A stretch of 64,000 nt of DNA from Gammaproteobacteria bacterium (lineage in GTDB: Bacteria > Pseudomonadota > Gammaproteobacteria > UBA4575). Below, piece by piece: positions 36,456 to 46,645 of the stretch (the first letter of the stretch is position 1; the number at the start of each line of letters is the position of its first letter). The notes beneath the pieces were generated by a model that saw only the letters and a list, made by a program, of their open reading frames with translations, searched no databases and was not told where the DNA came from. The stretch lies in assembly GCA_965262455.1 (NCBI GenBank), contig CBDHFH010000008.1, forward strand, positions 322,790-386,789, in the 5' to 3' direction. Both the position numbers and the translations under genes were made by a program.

Positions 36456-36806
36456 ATGGAAAACAATATGAATTATCCACGCAGTCCCCGGCAACCTATT
36501 GATGGTGAGGTGATCATAAAACGACCAGGTAAGCCTGTGCTCAAATCTAAGCAGGGCAATGTCAGTGAAGGTGGGTTGTATGTGAATTTACCTCAGCATG
36601 ACCTGCAGAAAGGGCGTCGTGTAGAAGTCATTCTCGTGCGTGAAAACGGCACGATTCGGGATATGCAACGCATGTCAGGTATCGTCATTAGGCTGGACCC
36701 AGAGGGAGTTGCTTTGGTGACTTATCGGGCGGATCAACTACGACGTAATGAAGAGGATATAATGACTTCTTCAAGTGCCATCGCAAATTCCGCTGAAACG
36801 TCATAA
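36456..36806 (+). CDS. Single-domain PilZ-like protein (possible c-di-GMP receptor)
   Basis: NVSEGGLYV matches (D/N)xSxxG. The upstream motif is PRSPRQP (RxxR), not the canonical RxxxR. Confidence 0.5.
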   Translation: MENNMNYPRSPRQPIDGEVIIKRPGKPVLKSKQGNVSEGGLYVNLPQHDLQKGRRVEVILVRENGTIRDMQRMSGIVIRLDPEGVALVTYRADQLRRNEEDIMTSSSAIANSAETS

Positions 36807-36892
36807 ACGGTCTATTTCGACCGATAATGTGTACAGTAATAATTTACCTGATCACTATAATTATTAGTGTAGTTTCTCTCCTTCTGAAGCTG

Positions 36893-36924
36893 ACCCGCAG
36901 CAATTTATTACTGCGGGTTTTTTT
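36893..36924 (+). terminator. Rho-independent terminator after the PilZ gene
   Basis: ACCCGCAG-N10-CTGCGGGT followed by TTTTTT. Confidence 0.7.
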
Positions 36925-37003
36925 ATGCCTGCAGCCTTATAAATGACTGTTTAGTCTGTGTATATCTCCAATAGTATCAAGATCTTGTCTCACCAGGAGA
37001 CAA

Positions 37004-37414
37004 GTGTTTCAATACGTATTACTAAATCACGATAATGAACGTAAAGATATGAAAGGTTTATTGCTGGTTGCCCACGGCAGTCGTCGCGCCCAATCCAATG
37101 AAGAAATTGCCACGGTGGCACAGGCGCTGAGAGTAAGAGTTGAGGACCACTATCCGTTCACGACGCATGCATTTCTGGAATTAGCGGAACCGTTGATTCC
37201 TGAAGGCATTGATCACCTTATTGGCAAAGGAGTGACTGAGATCACGATATTGCCTTATTTCCTCTCTGCTGGACGCCATGTCCATGAAGACGTACCAGGC
37301 ATCGTAGAGTCAAAACAGCTGTTACATCCAGATGTGCGAATGACAATCGCCCCATACATTGGTGAGGCCAATGAAATCGTAGATGTCCTGGCCGCAGTAT
37401 CCAACAGTGCATAA
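37004..37414 (+). CDS. cbiX: CbiX-type (small) sirohydrochlorin chelatase
   Basis: LLLVAHGSRR motif and a ~120-aa CbiX(S) architecture. The GTG start is preceded by AGGAGA; an alternative start is MKGLL at 37049. Confidence 0.75.
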   Translation: MFQYVLLNHDNERKDMKGLLLVAHGSRRAQSNEEIATVAQALRVRVEDHYPFTTHAFLELAEPLIPEGIDHLIGKGVTEITILPYFLSAGRHVHEDVPGIVESKQLLHPDVRMTIAPYIGEANEIVDVLAAVSNSA

Positions 37415-37460
37415 TTATTAGGCAATTGACTCGAATATAAACTTATCGAACATAAACCTA

Positions 37461-38165
37461 TTAACGGCCCAGCAACTCCTGAGTGGTAATAGGTTGATAG
37501 GGTGAATTTCTCATTTTGTCGTGGGTATGCATGCGATATTCAACAAATTCAGCACATTCGTTAAAATGCAAAAAAGGATTGCCTTCAATCTGTTCACTTA
37601 AGCTTGACGTCGATTGACACGCGTAATTATGTCCCGGGTGAATACAAGTGTCTGCGGGCAGCTCATGTTTCATTTTCTTTAAGGTAGAAAACATTTGCTC
37701 TGGGTCGCCTCCATTTAAGTCACAGCGACCACACCCAAAGACAAATAATGTGTCGCCAGTAATAATGTCTTCGTTCAGAAAATAACAGGCAGAACCGGGC
37801 GTATGGCCCGGAGTGTGTAATATTTTGATTTCTGTCGAGCCAATTGCAATAGTATCCCCACCATGATGAAGAGCGGGCCTCTCCATTTCACTTTGCCAAA
37901 AGTCTGCCTCTTGTTTAAGTAAATGAAGCTGTGGGTCAGAATAGTTAAGCAGTTCTTCAACCCCATTTATATGATCATGATGACTATGTGTAAGTAAAAT
38001 ATCACTAATATAAAGATCGTTAGTTTTGGCAAAATCAATAATCTTTTGTACATCCCAGGCAGGATCGACGACAGCGGCTTGTCGAGTTTTTAGATCGGTA
38101 ATGAGATAAATAAAATTTTCCATCGGACCGAGTTCCATTGACGTGATTTCATATGTTTTGCTCAT
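37461..38165 (-). CDS. MBL-fold hydrolase, hydroxyacylglutathione hydrolase (glyoxalase II)-like
   Basis: THSHHDH, HTPGHTPGS and GDTLF..GCGR motifs. Confidence 0.85.
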   Translation of the reverse strand: MSKTYEITSMELGPMENFIYLITDLKTRQAAVVDPAWDVQKIIDFAKTNDLYISDILLTHSHHDHINGVEELLNYSDPQLHLLKQEADFWQSEMERPALHHGGDTIAIGSTEIKILHTPGHTPGSACYFLNEDIITGDTLFVFGCGRCDLNGGDPEQMFSTLKKMKHELPADTCIHPGHNYACQSTSSLSEQIEGNPFLHFNECAEFVEYRMHTHDKMRNSPYQPITTQELLGR

Positions 38166-38242
38166 AGTGTCTCCGAAAATGTTGCTGCATCATTAAGTGT
38201 TCGCGAATATTTAGAGTAAGAATTTATATAAATCGATGCCCT

Positions 38243-38785
38243 ATGGTCAAATTAAATACGCCTGACATGATGTTACCCGACTATATTGACTATCAGCTAA
38301 ATATTCTATCAGTTGGTTTAAACCCATCTATTCCTTCGGTCAAGATGGGTTATTATTTTGCTAATCCGAGGAATCGATTCTGGCGGGCATTTAAACAAGC
38401 ACATGTGATTGACGATGATATTAATATTGATGCTGCAGTGCATGAAAAGCTATTAAAAAACTATTCGATCGGATTCACTGATGTGGTTAAGCGAGCTAGT
38501 CGCATGGGGCATGAGTTACGCGCTGAAGATTTTAAACGTGATGCTCCAGAGTTACGTGCAAAGATCGAGTGCTATCAGCCAAAATTAATTTGGATTCACG
38601 GTAAAATAGCGATGAACAAATTTATGCAATATGCTTACGGAGTTAACACTTCCTGGGATTGGGGACTACATCAGATTGATAATATGGATGCGAAAATTTA
38701 TCTTACCCCTAATCCTAGTCCGGCCAATGCTGCCTATGGTCTAGAGGATTTAGTCACTTGGTATCGTGACTTACGGAATTTATGA
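38243..38785 (+). CDS. mug: G/U mismatch-specific DNA glycosylase (Mug family)
   Basis: GLNPS...GYYFANPRNRFW matches the Mug GINPG...FA-P-NRFW signature. The C-terminal LTPNPSPANA segment also fits. Confidence 0.8.
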   Translation: MVKLNTPDMMLPDYIDYQLNILSVGLNPSIPSVKMGYYFANPRNRFWRAFKQAHVIDDDINIDAAVHEKLLKNYSIGFTDVVKRASRMGHELRAEDFKRDAPELRAKIECYQPKLIWIHGKIAMNKFMQYAYGVNTSWDWGLHQIDNMDAKIYLTPNPSPANAAYGLEDLVTWYRDLRNL

Positions 38786-38838
38786 ACCATATCTAATCTC
38801 ATGTATCTTAATGCAGTGCGAAACAATACACGTAGGTT

Positions 38839-39207
38839 TTGGTAGTGGTTAAGAGATTCTTTCAGCTAGCTTTCATAGTATTGATACTGCTGTCTTTATT
38901 TTTATCATTGTCTCCAGGCGCGGGAGGTGTGCCGCTATTGTGGAATGATAAAATGATTCATTGTATGAGTTATTTCGTGTTAATAATGGCGTTAGATTTT
39001 GCTTGGCGTTCAGGTAAAGACATCATTATTAAGTCGATAATGGTATTGGTTTATAGTTGTTTAATAGAATATGGACAGAGTTTTGTGCCTGGTAGAGAGA
39101 TGTCATTGGGTGACATGGCAGCAAATGCCAGTGGGATAATTTTATTTTTGCTCGTCATTCCTCTGTTTAAACAGTTTGGTGTTTATGGGTATTTGAAGTT
39201 GACGTAG
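38839..39207 (+). CDS. VanZ-like membrane protein
   Basis: 122 aa, four TM segments, with D-K-x-x-H and E-x-x-Q-x-F-x-P-x-R-like motifs (NDKMIHCMSY; IEYGQSFVPGRE). Confidence 0.6.
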   Translation: MVVVKRFFQLAFIVLILLSLFLSLSPGAGGVPLLWNDKMIHCMSYFVLIMALDFAWRSGKDIIIKSIMVLVYSCLIEYGQSFVPGREMSLGDMAANASGIILFLLVIPLFKQFGVYGYLKLT

Positions 39208-39216
39208 GGTTTATAA

Positions 39217-39705
39217 ATGTATCGATTGATTAACTTAAGTATTGTTTCGATAGTGATAGCGTCAATGTTATTCGCTATTTATTACCTGGAAGGAATGTTG
39301 CATCTAGATCCCTGTCCTTTATGCATGGTCGATCGTGCGATATTAGTCGTGATTGCAGTGATCAGTTTGCTAGCAGGGTTGCATAATTCGGATGGCTTTA
39401 TGCGCTGGGTGTATACATCACTAGCAGTGATTTTCAGCGGTATAGGTATTGCGGTTGCAGCCAGACATATTTGGTTGCAGGGACTTCCGCCGGATCAGGT
39501 GCCGGAATGTGGGCCAGATTTAAATTATATGTTGGAAGTATTTCCAATCGCAGATGTAATAAAACGCATCTTTACCGGTTCAGGTGAGTGTGCGGAAGTA
39601 AGCTGGACATTTCTTGGCTTAACTATTCCGCAACAGACACTGATTCTATTTATTATATTATTAATAATGACACTATTTGCTCACTTTCAGCGTCGCTCAC
39701 GCTAA
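39217..39705 (+). CDS. dsbB: Disulfide bond formation protein DsbB
   Basis: CPLC active site in the first periplasmic loop (DPCPLCMVDR), a second Cys pair (ECGP...GSGEC) and four TM segments. Confidence 0.85.
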   Translation: MYRLINLSIVSIVIASMLFAIYYLEGMLHLDPCPLCMVDRAILVVIAVISLLAGLHNSDGFMRWVYTSLAVIFSGIGIAVAARHIWLQGLPPDQVPECGPDLNYMLEVFPIADVIKRIFTGSGECAEVSWTFLGLTIPQQTLILFIILLIMTLFAHFQRRSR

Positions 39706-39789
39706 ATTAAGTTAATATAGCTGTACGTTAAATTACAATAATCGTTATAATTTAATTTTTGCATTGGTGGTCATCTCGACCACACGAAA

Positions 39790-40959
39790 GTGATGAGTAC
39801 AACTACACTGGAAGTAAAACAAGCCTCTGTGAGAACAACAACAGCTACAAAATTCGTTTCTTTAAGAGGCGATTATGGTACCGGTGATTTTGTCATGCAT
39901 CGTGGCGGTATCCTCAAGGAAGTGATTATTGCTTATGAAGCTTGGGGCACATTATCTGACAATCATGATAATGTCGTGCTTGTGTTTGGCGGTTTATCAC
40001 CTTCAGCACATGCATGTTCATCTGAGCTAGATCCTTCTAAGGGCTGGTGGGAATATATGATAGGCCCAGGCAAGCCTATAGATACTGATAAGTATTATGT
40101 CATTTGTGTCAACACATTAGGTAGTTGTTTTGGTTCCACAAGTCCTTCATCAATTAACCCTGAGACTAATCAAATCTATGGATTAGACTTCCCTGATTTA
40201 AGTATTGAGGATGTTGCTAAATCTGCCCATCATGCATTACAAGATTTAGGTATCGATCATTTACATACTGTGGTTGGGAGTTCAATGGGGGGTATGTCTT
40301 CTCTTGCTTATGCACTGATGTATCCTGATGAGGTCGATCATTTGATTACTATTTCCGCGGCGACTAGGGCATTACCATTCACGATTGCAGTGCGTTCTTT
40401 ACAACGTGAGATTATTCGTTGTGACCCTGCATTTAATAATGGTCAGTACGCTCAAGATAAAGAGCCAGAGAGTGGCATGGTGCTGGCGCGTAAATTGGGT
40501 CTGATGTCCTATCGGGCGGCTGAAGAATGGCATCAACGATTTAATCGCGCACGTGTCAGCGCGGATAGAAAATCTGAAGATCGATTTGGTATAGAGTTCG
40601 AAGTAGAGTCGTATTTAGATTATAACGCGCATAAGTTTGTTAAGACGTTTGATGCAAATAGTTATTTATATTTATCTCGTGCAATGGATTTGTTTGATGT
40701 GGCTGATCATGGTGGATCTGTGAATGCTGGCTTAGCTATGATCCAGACTAAAAATGCACTGGTGATTGGTGTAGAAACAGATATCTTATTTCCAGTGCAT
40801 CAACAAAAAGAAATTGCGGACGGTATTAGCAAAGCAGGCCGTCAAGTAGAGTATGTTCAATTAGACTCTATAAATGGGCATGATTCATTTTTAGTTGATG
40901 AAGTGCACTTCGCGCCGGTGATTAGAAAATTTTTTGAGACCAACGAACTGGCTAATTAA
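39790..40959 (+). CDS. metX: Homoserine O-acyltransferase MetX
   Basis: Alpha/beta-hydrolase with GSSMGGM nucleophile elbow and MetX-like N-terminus (LKEVIIAYEAWGTL). The likely start is the ATG at 39793. Confidence 0.92.
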   Translation: MMSTTTLEVKQASVRTTTATKFVSLRGDYGTGDFVMHRGGILKEVIIAYEAWGTLSDNHDNVVLVFGGLSPSAHACSSELDPSKGWWEYMIGPGKPIDTDKYYVICVNTLGSCFGSTSPSSINPETNQIYGLDFPDLSIEDVAKSAHHALQDLGIDHLHTVVGSSMGGMSSLAYALMYPDEVDHLITISAATRALPFTIAVRSLQREIIRCDPAFNNGQYAQDKEPESGMVLARKLGLMSYRAAEEWHQRFNRARVSADRKSEDRFGIEFEVESYLDYNAHKFVKTFDANSYLYLSRAMDLFDVADHGGSVNAGLAMIQTKNALVIGVETDILFPVHQQKEIADGISKAGRQVEYVQLDSINGHDSFLVDEVHFAPVIRKFFETNELAN

Positions 40960-40982
40960 TTGAATTAAAACTTAGTGGGAAT

Positions 40983-41019
40983 AAAAAAGGCCAGTGCTGA
41001 TTTCACACTGGCCTTTTTT
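40983..41019. terminator. Bidirectional Rho-independent terminator (metX / gltA)
   Basis: AAAAAAGGCCAGTG-N9-CACTGGCCTTTTTT. Confidence 0.75.
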
Positions 41020-41035
41020 GTTGGTTTGAGATTAA

Positions 41036-42349
41036 TTAACGTTTGTTAATGTCGACATACTCCTTGCCTACATATCCAGTGTATAACTGACGTGGTCTGC
41101 CGATGCGTGCATCTGGATCACTCATCATTTCCATCCAATGTGAGAGCCAACCTACCGTTCTGGATAAAGCAAAGATGACAGTAAACATGCTTACTGGTAT
41201 CCCGATCGCTTGGAAGATGATACCTGAGTAGAAGTCTACATTAGGATACAGTTTGCGCTTGATGAAGTAGTCGTCTTCAAGTGCAATTTTTTCAAGGTCC
41301 ATTGCAATCTTGAGTAAAGGTTTATTTGGATTGTCGTCACCTAATTCGTTGAGTAAATCATGACAAATTTCACGAATAATTTTTGCACGGGGATCATAAT
41401 TTTTATAAACACGATGGCCAAAGCCCATCAGGCGGAAGCGATCATCTTTATCCTTAGCGCGTGCAATATAATGCGAGAGGTCTTTGCCGGATTCTACTAT
41501 CTCATTCAACATCTTAATCACAGCTTCATTAGCACCACCATGGGCAGGTCCCCATAGCGAGCCAATACCAGCGGACAGCGCGGCAAATGGGCTGGCTTCA
41601 GAGCTACCAGTTAAACGTACGGTGGAAGTTGATGCATTTTGTTCATGATCAGCATGTAAAATAAGAATTAAATCCATTGCACGTACCATCGTTGGTGACG
41701 GTTTATGCAAACGTCCAGGCATGCTGAACAGCATATGTAAGAAGTCTGCCGTGTAATCTAATTCAAGATTCGGATAGTTAAATGGTTGACCCAACGCATA
41801 TTTGTAACACCAGCTGGCAATTGTAGGGACTTTAGCGATTAATCGATGCGCTGCTATTTCGCGAGAAAGTGGGTCGTGAACATCAACTTCTTCATGATAG
41901 AAAGCGGCTAAGGCACCCACCGAGGCCACCATCATTGCCATGGGGTGTGCATCATGACGGAAGCCAAGAAAAAAGCGGCGCATTTTTTCATCGATTAGTT
42001 TTCTTTTCTTAATTGAACCGGTGTACTCATCAAGTTGAGTTTGTGTCGGTAGTTCGCCATACAGTAACAAGTAACAGACTTCATCATAGTTACTATGTTC
42101 TGCCATCTGTTCAATGGAATAGCCGCGGTAGGCGAGGCGGCCTTCACCACCATCAATAAACGTGATTTTACTATCGCAACTTGCGGTGGACATGAAGCCC
42201 GGATCAAACGTGAAATATCCCAGTTCCTTATAGAGAGCTCTTATATCTATCGTGGCGGGACCGTCTGTGCCTTCCAAGACCGGTAACTCTACTTGTTTGC
42301 CTGTGGAATTATCGGTAATAGTGACGGTTCTGTTTGACTGACTAGACAT
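41036..42349 (-). CDS. gltA: Citrate synthase (type II)
   Basis: 437 aa with [14 protein letters not shown] and other canonical GltA segments. Confidence 0.97.
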   Translation of the reverse strand: MSSQSNRTVTITDNSTGKQVELPVLEGTDGPATIDIRALYKELGYFTFDPGFMSTASCDSKITFIDGGEGRLAYRGYSIEQMAEHSNYDEVCYLLLYGELPTQTQLDEYTGSIKKRKLIDEKMRRFFLGFRHDAHPMAMMVASVGALAAFYHEEVDVHDPLSREIAAHRLIAKVPTIASWCYKYALGQPFNYPNLELDYTADFLHMLFSMPGRLHKPSPTMVRAMDLILILHADHEQNASTSTVRLTGSSEASPFAALSAGIGSLWGPAHGGANEAVIKMLNEIVESGKDLSHYIARAKDKDDRFRLMGFGHRVYKNYDPRAKIIREICHDLLNELGDDNPNKPLLKIAMDLEKIALEDDYFIKRKLYPNVDFYSGIIFQAIGIPVSMFTVIFALSRTVGWLSHWMEMMSDPDARIGRPRQLYTGYVGKEYVDINKR

Positions 42350-42626
42350 TTTTAGTCCTCCTGGATTCTAGTTCTATGTCCGTTATAAGGATTACTAGGT
42401 TAAATGTATTCAACTGCTGAATTAGTGAATAATCGGCAGTACATAATAATTTTAATTAAATAGTAACTTTAACTGACTGATTTTTTGTAAATTAGAAAGT
42501 TTCAAGAAAATCTTAAACGGATGATATCAAATTATGCTCCGTTTTTTGCGGGGCATTTTACTTACTTAAGAGTATAGACGATATCGAAATGAATAATTGG
42601 TCTTGTCGCACACAATTATTCATTGA

Positions 42627-43154
42627 TTAGAGATTGAAGTGACTAATTATAAATTGCGCAATCTCCTCAGGCGCATTGATATCTAGACAACGAATATGTG
42701 TCGGCACATGGCACGCTTGGTCTGAGGCCAATGCAACAATATTATTGTCAGTGTGACACATCACTGGCTGCCCTAGACTAGGGCGGTGTAATTCAATTTT
42801 GGTAAAGCTTTCTTTTTTAAATCCTTCGACAAGAATTAAATCGATGTTTTTATGATCGACTTGTTCAATTAGCTCAGATAATACTAATTCATCTTGATTA
42901 TCTGCTAGCTCAGTCATTAATGCCCATCGTCGTGCAGATGATATTAACATCTGTGTCGCACCTGCATGACGCAGTTCGTAGCTATCTTTGCCTTTTTGAT
43001 CAACATCAAAATTATGATGGGCATGTTTGATGACAGCCAATCGAATACCGTGATGTTTCAATAGCGGTATTAATTGAGTAAGAAGCGTAGTTTTTCCGGT
43101 GCCGCTATAAGCACAGAATCCCATTAACGGTGTCGGGCATTGGTTAAGTTGCAT
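42627..43154 (-). CDS. mobB: Molybdopterin-guanine dinucleotide biosynthesis adaptor MobB
   Basis: P-loop GFCAYSGTGKTTL and a MobB-like sequence. Confidence 0.9.
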   Translation of the reverse strand: MQLNQCPTPLMGFCAYSGTGKTTLLTQLIPLLKHHGIRLAVIKHAHHNFDVDQKGKDSYELRHAGATQMLISSARRWALMTELADNQDELVLSELIEQVDHKNIDLILVEGFKKESFTKIELHRPSLGQPVMCHTDNNIVALASDQACHVPTHIRCLDINAPEEIAQFIISHFNL

Positions 43155-43156
43155 AA

Positions 43157-43747
43157 TTATAATAATGTACTTGCCGCGGCCAGCTCGGCAGGGGTATTGA
43201 TATTGGTGAACATCTCAGCACATGATGAAAAATCTGCTCTAGCAAATTGATGTTGTTCATACCAACGATCAATTTTGCGCTCACCTGAATCTAAATATTT
43301 TCTTAAATCGGGCAATAGTGTTGAATGTATTAATGCGTATACAGGTTGAATGCGCTGACCATCATATGCCACGCTTATCGTGCTGTTAGCTTGTTCTGCA
43401 GAGGCGAGCAAGGTATCTATATAGTGTTGATTTAATAATGGGCCATCACAAGGCACTGTTGCAATATAATCTGTATTGCAATGTTGAATGCCGCTTGCTA
43501 TGCCAGCCAGAGGGCCTTGGTAATCTGCCATATCATCGCTAATAACAGTGTATCCGTACGACTCATAATCTCTGATGTTACGATTTGCATTAATGATTAT
43601 GGTCGCGACTTGTGGCGCTAGTGCCTCAATAATGTAACTGATCATTGGTCGACCTTCCAGTTTGATCAACCCCTTGTCTGTTCCTCCCATGCGCCGAGCG
43701 AGGCCGCCCGCAAGAATTAAACCAGTAACATTTTTGTGTGTTTTCAT
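43157..43747 (-). CDS. mobA: Molybdenum cofactor guanylyltransferase MobA
   Basis: The LAGGLARRMGG-DKGL N-terminal signature and the PCD motif (VPCDGP). Confidence 0.9.
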   Translation of the reverse strand: MKTHKNVTGLILAGGLARRMGGTDKGLIKLEGRPMISYIIEALAPQVATIIINANRNIRDYESYGYTVISDDMADYQGPLAGIASGIQHCNTDYIATVPCDGPLLNQHYIDTLLASAEQANSTISVAYDGQRIQPVYALIHSTLLPDLRKYLDSGERKIDRWYEQHQFARADFSSCAEMFTNINTPAELAAASTLL

Positions 43748-43841
43748 GTCGATTACGCACAGATCACGGTAATATAATTAACTGAACCAATTTATAAAGA
43801 TTCATTATATAGTTTTCAGATGTAATAAGGAGTTTATTTAA

Positions 43842-44135
43842 ATGACAGATAAATTAAAACAGAGGGAAATTGAAGCTGCTGTTTTTCGCAGATTAGTTGC
43901 TCATCTTCAGGCTAAAACAGATGTGCAAAACATTGACTTAATGAACTTAGCTGATTTTTGTCGTAATTGTTTATCCAAGTGGTATGTGGCCGCAGCCAAA
44001 GAGGAGGGTATTGACATAGATTATGATCAAGCGCGCGAACTAGTTTATGGGATGCCTTATTCGGAATGGAAACAGAAATATCAAAAAGAAGCCACCCCCG
44101 AACAAATGGCGGCATTTAATGCGCGTAATAAGTAA
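43842..44135 (+). CDS. DUF1244 family protein
   Basis: FRRLVAHLQ...DVQNIDLMNLADFCRNCLSKWY matches my recollection of the DUF1244 core. Confidence 0.7.
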   Translation: MTDKLKQREIEAAVFRRLVAHLQAKTDVQNIDLMNLADFCRNCLSKWYVAAAKEEGIDIDYDQARELVYGMPYSEWKQKYQKEATPEQMAAFNARNK

Positions 44136-44149
44136 TTTAATTTGTTGCA

Positions 44150-44914
44150 ATGACAAACACCAACCAACTGTCTGATACGCAATTATTGCAATACAGTCGT
44201 CAGATTATGTTGCCGCAGATTGATGTATCTGGGCAACAGACGTTAATGGATTCAAATGTGTTGGTGTTAGGCGCGGGTGGACTGGGTTGTCCCGCATTAT
44301 TATATCTCGCCACCGCTGGCGTGGGGACAATTGTAATTGTTGATCACGATAAGGTGGATAGGTCGAATATACAAAGACAGATCTTATATTCAGCGGCAGA
44401 TATAGGACTACATAAAGCGGATGTTGCAAGCGAAAAATTACGACATTTTGCTGAAGATATAGTTGTCACTCCCGTTAATCAATTGCCTGAAGATGCGGAA
44501 TTACTAGATCATATCAACGCAGCTGATCTGGTTTTGGATGGTACTGATAACTTTGCAGCGCGCTATCGACATAACCAAACATGTTTAGCTGCAAAAACAC
44601 CATTAGTGTCCGGTGCTGTGATTCGCTTTGAAGGTCAAGTTGCGACATTTGATTCAAGAGACCCTGGTTCGCCGTGTTACCATTGCTTGTACTCGAATGC
44701 AGTTGATGATGAACAACTGAACTGCAGTGAAAATGGTGTGTTAGGTCCTGTTGCAGGCATGATTGGTACGGTAATGGCAACTGAGGCAATTAAGGTGCTG
44801 CTGAATATCGGTGAATCATTGACTGGCAGACTCCTGCTTCTGGATGCATTAGATATGCAATGGCGCTCATTAACGCTGCGTAAAGATAAAAATTGTCCAG
44901 CATGTTCTACTTAA
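44150..44914 (+). CDS. moeB: Molybdopterin-synthase adenylyltransferase MoeB (ThiF/HesA family)
   Basis: YSRQIMLPQI, the nucleotide-binding loop GAGGLGCP and two CxxC zinc motifs (CYHC, CPAC). Confidence 0.88.
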   Translation: MTNTNQLSDTQLLQYSRQIMLPQIDVSGQQTLMDSNVLVLGAGGLGCPALLYLATAGVGTIVIVDHDKVDRSNIQRQILYSAADIGLHKADVASEKLRHFAEDIVVTPVNQLPEDAELLDHINAADLVLDGTDNFAARYRHNQTCLAAKTPLVSGAVIRFEGQVATFDSRDPGSPCYHCLYSNAVDDEQLNCSENGVLGPVAGMIGTVMATEAIKVLLNIGESLTGRLLLLDALDMQWRSLTLRKDKNCPACST

Positions 44915-44915
44915 T

Positions 44916-46274
44916 ATGACACCAGCAATCTCACAATATTTTACTGATACGATCTGGAAAGTTGATGTTAAATCTCAGCCATTACTGAAGCGATTCTTAA
45001 TTAGTATTGTTCGTTTTGTATATTTGATCATTGCGGATCTTTCTAATGGGCAATTAAATTTACGTGCAATGTCGCTGGTGTTTACCACTATTCTGTCTTT
45101 TGTCCCATTGATTGCAGTGAGTTTTTCGGTATTAAAAGCCTTTGATGTACATAATCAAATTGAACCAGCCTTGCTGCGATTATTTGCCCCCATGGGAGAA
45201 CAAGCCACTGAGCTGACAAGTAATATCATCGGATTTGTTGATAATGTAAAAGTAGGCTTGCTGGGTACAATTGGCATTGCATTTTTGTTTTATTCTGTAA
45301 TTTCGTTGCTGACGAAAGTCGAAGAAGCCTTTAATTACACCTGGCGAATTAAGAAAACTCGAACGCTGGCTGAACGATTCAGTAATTATTTGAGTGTGTT
45401 GATGGTTGGGCCCGTCTTGGTATTTACAGCGATGGGTACTACCGCTAGTTTGCTTAATAATTCAGTCACTCAAAGTCTTGCGACGATAGAGCCATTTGGC
45501 ATGTTGCTAGAGCTGACTACGAAATTAATTCCCTATATATTGATTATTTCGGCATTTACTTTTGTGTATTCATTTGTTCCTAATACAAAAGTGCGATTCA
45601 TTCCTGCTCTGACTGGCGGAATAGCGGCTGGAATACTATGGCAGTCAGTGGGTTATTTGTATGCATTATTTATTGCGCAATCCTCTACGCAAACAGCTAT
45701 TTATGCCGGATTTGCGATCTTGTTTTTCTTTATGACCTGGTTATATCTCAATTGGTTGATTTTATTAGTTGGCTCAAGTATTGCCTTTTACCGTCAGTAT
45801 CCAGAATATTTAATGGCTAAAACACATGACATTGCGTTAAATAATCAAGATCGTGAACGTTTGGCTTTGAATATATTGCTGCTTATTGGCAGTCATTTTT
45901 ATCAGCGTAATTCGCCTGTCAGTATCGAGACTATCATGGATGAGTTAGCATGCCCCAAGCAAGCGGTAGATGAAATATTACATTGCTATCAAGCCGCCGG
46001 CATATTACATCAAGTAGGAAGTTTAAAACCCACCTATACGCCTGCAATACCACTAGAGAATTTAACCGTGTTAGAAGCATATCAAGCTATTCGCACAAGT
46101 TATGCTAGTTATTCACCAATTGTTAGGCATAATACTCACACCGATTTAGCAACGCCGGTGATTCAACGTATCGAAAAATCAATTGAAGATGAACTTGGTG
46201 AACTAACAATAAAACAATTAATCAAAGCCAAAATTGATCAACAACCCATTAACTTTGTCGTGGCGCAATCATAA
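44916..46274 (+). CDS. YihY/BrkB-family membrane protein with a C-terminal extension
   Basis: Six-TM YihY core (SLVFTTILSFVPLIAV...), followed by a ~150-aa soluble tail. Confidence 0.8.
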   Translation: MTPAISQYFTDTIWKVDVKSQPLLKRFLISIVRFVYLIIADLSNGQLNLRAMSLVFTTILSFVPLIAVSFSVLKAFDVHNQIEPALLRLFAPMGEQATELTSNIIGFVDNVKVGLLGTIGIAFLFYSVISLLTKVEEAFNYTWRIKKTRTLAERFSNYLSVLMVGPVLVFTAMGTTASLLNNSVTQSLATIEPFGMLLELTTKLIPYILIISAFTFVYSFVPNTKVRFIPALTGGIAAGILWQSVGYLYALFIAQSSTQTAIYAGFAILFFFMTWLYLNWLILLVGSSIAFYRQYPEYLMAKTHDIALNNQDRERLALNILLLIGSHFYQRNSPVSIETIMDELACPKQAVDEILHCYQAAGILHQVGSLKPTYTPAIPLENLTVLEAYQAIRTSYASYSPIVRHNTHTDLATPVIQRIEKSIEDELGELTIKQLIKAKIDQQPINFVVAQS

Positions 46275-46627
46275 TGAAAGATTCAGAAGTACTACAGCTG
46301 ATGTTGGCCTTGAGAAAATTTGCCCAAGAACGAGACTGGGAACAGTTTCATAGCCCTAAAAACTTATCCATGGCATTAAGCGTTGAAGCTTCAGAGTTGT
46401 TAGAGCATTTTCAATGGATGGATGATCAAGCAAGCTTTGCCTTGGGCGAAGCAAAACATCAACTTGTCAGTTATGAAGTAGCAGATATATTTATCTATTT
46501 ATTACGTATATGTGATCAGCTAAATATTGATCTAATGGAAGTGACTAAACAAAAAATGCTTATTAATGATAAGCGATATCCAGTTGATAAAGTGAAAGGC
46601 AGTTCCAAAAAATATACAGAATATTAA
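46274..46627 (+). CDS. MazG-like nucleotide pyrophosphohydrolase (small, single domain)
   Basis: FAQERDWEQFHSPKNL...EASELLEHFQW fits the E-x-x-E MazG/DR2231-like helix pattern. Confidence 0.75.
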   Translation: MKDSEVLQLMLALRKFAQERDWEQFHSPKNLSMALSVEASELLEHFQWMDDQASFALGEAKHQLVSYEVADIFIYLLRICDQLNIDLMEVTKQKMLINDKRYPVDKVKGSSKKYTEY

Positions 46628-46645
46628 TTTCTAGACTAACTAAAA

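Noticed and set aside
36804-36827. Sigma-28-like element (TAAA ... CCGATAA) just after the PilZ stop, about 65 nt before the terminator hairpin; a possible tiny FliA-dependent sRNA
   Set aside because: The spacer between TAAA and the -10-like CCGATAA is about 12-13 nt instead of 15, and the first G of GCCGATAA is missing. There is no further support.
36925-37003. Cobalamin riboswitch upstream of cbiX
   Set aside because: The region is only about 80 nt and lacks a B12-box. The hairpin CTTGTCTC-ACCAG-GAGACAAG overlaps the AGGAGA RBS of the GTG start and is too small for a riboswitch.
39706-39792. SAM or Met-type riboswitch upstream of metX
   Set aside because: The leader is only about 85 nt with a single 6-bp hairpin (GTGGTC/GACCAC). 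No SAM-I, SAM-II or SAM-V core was recognisable.
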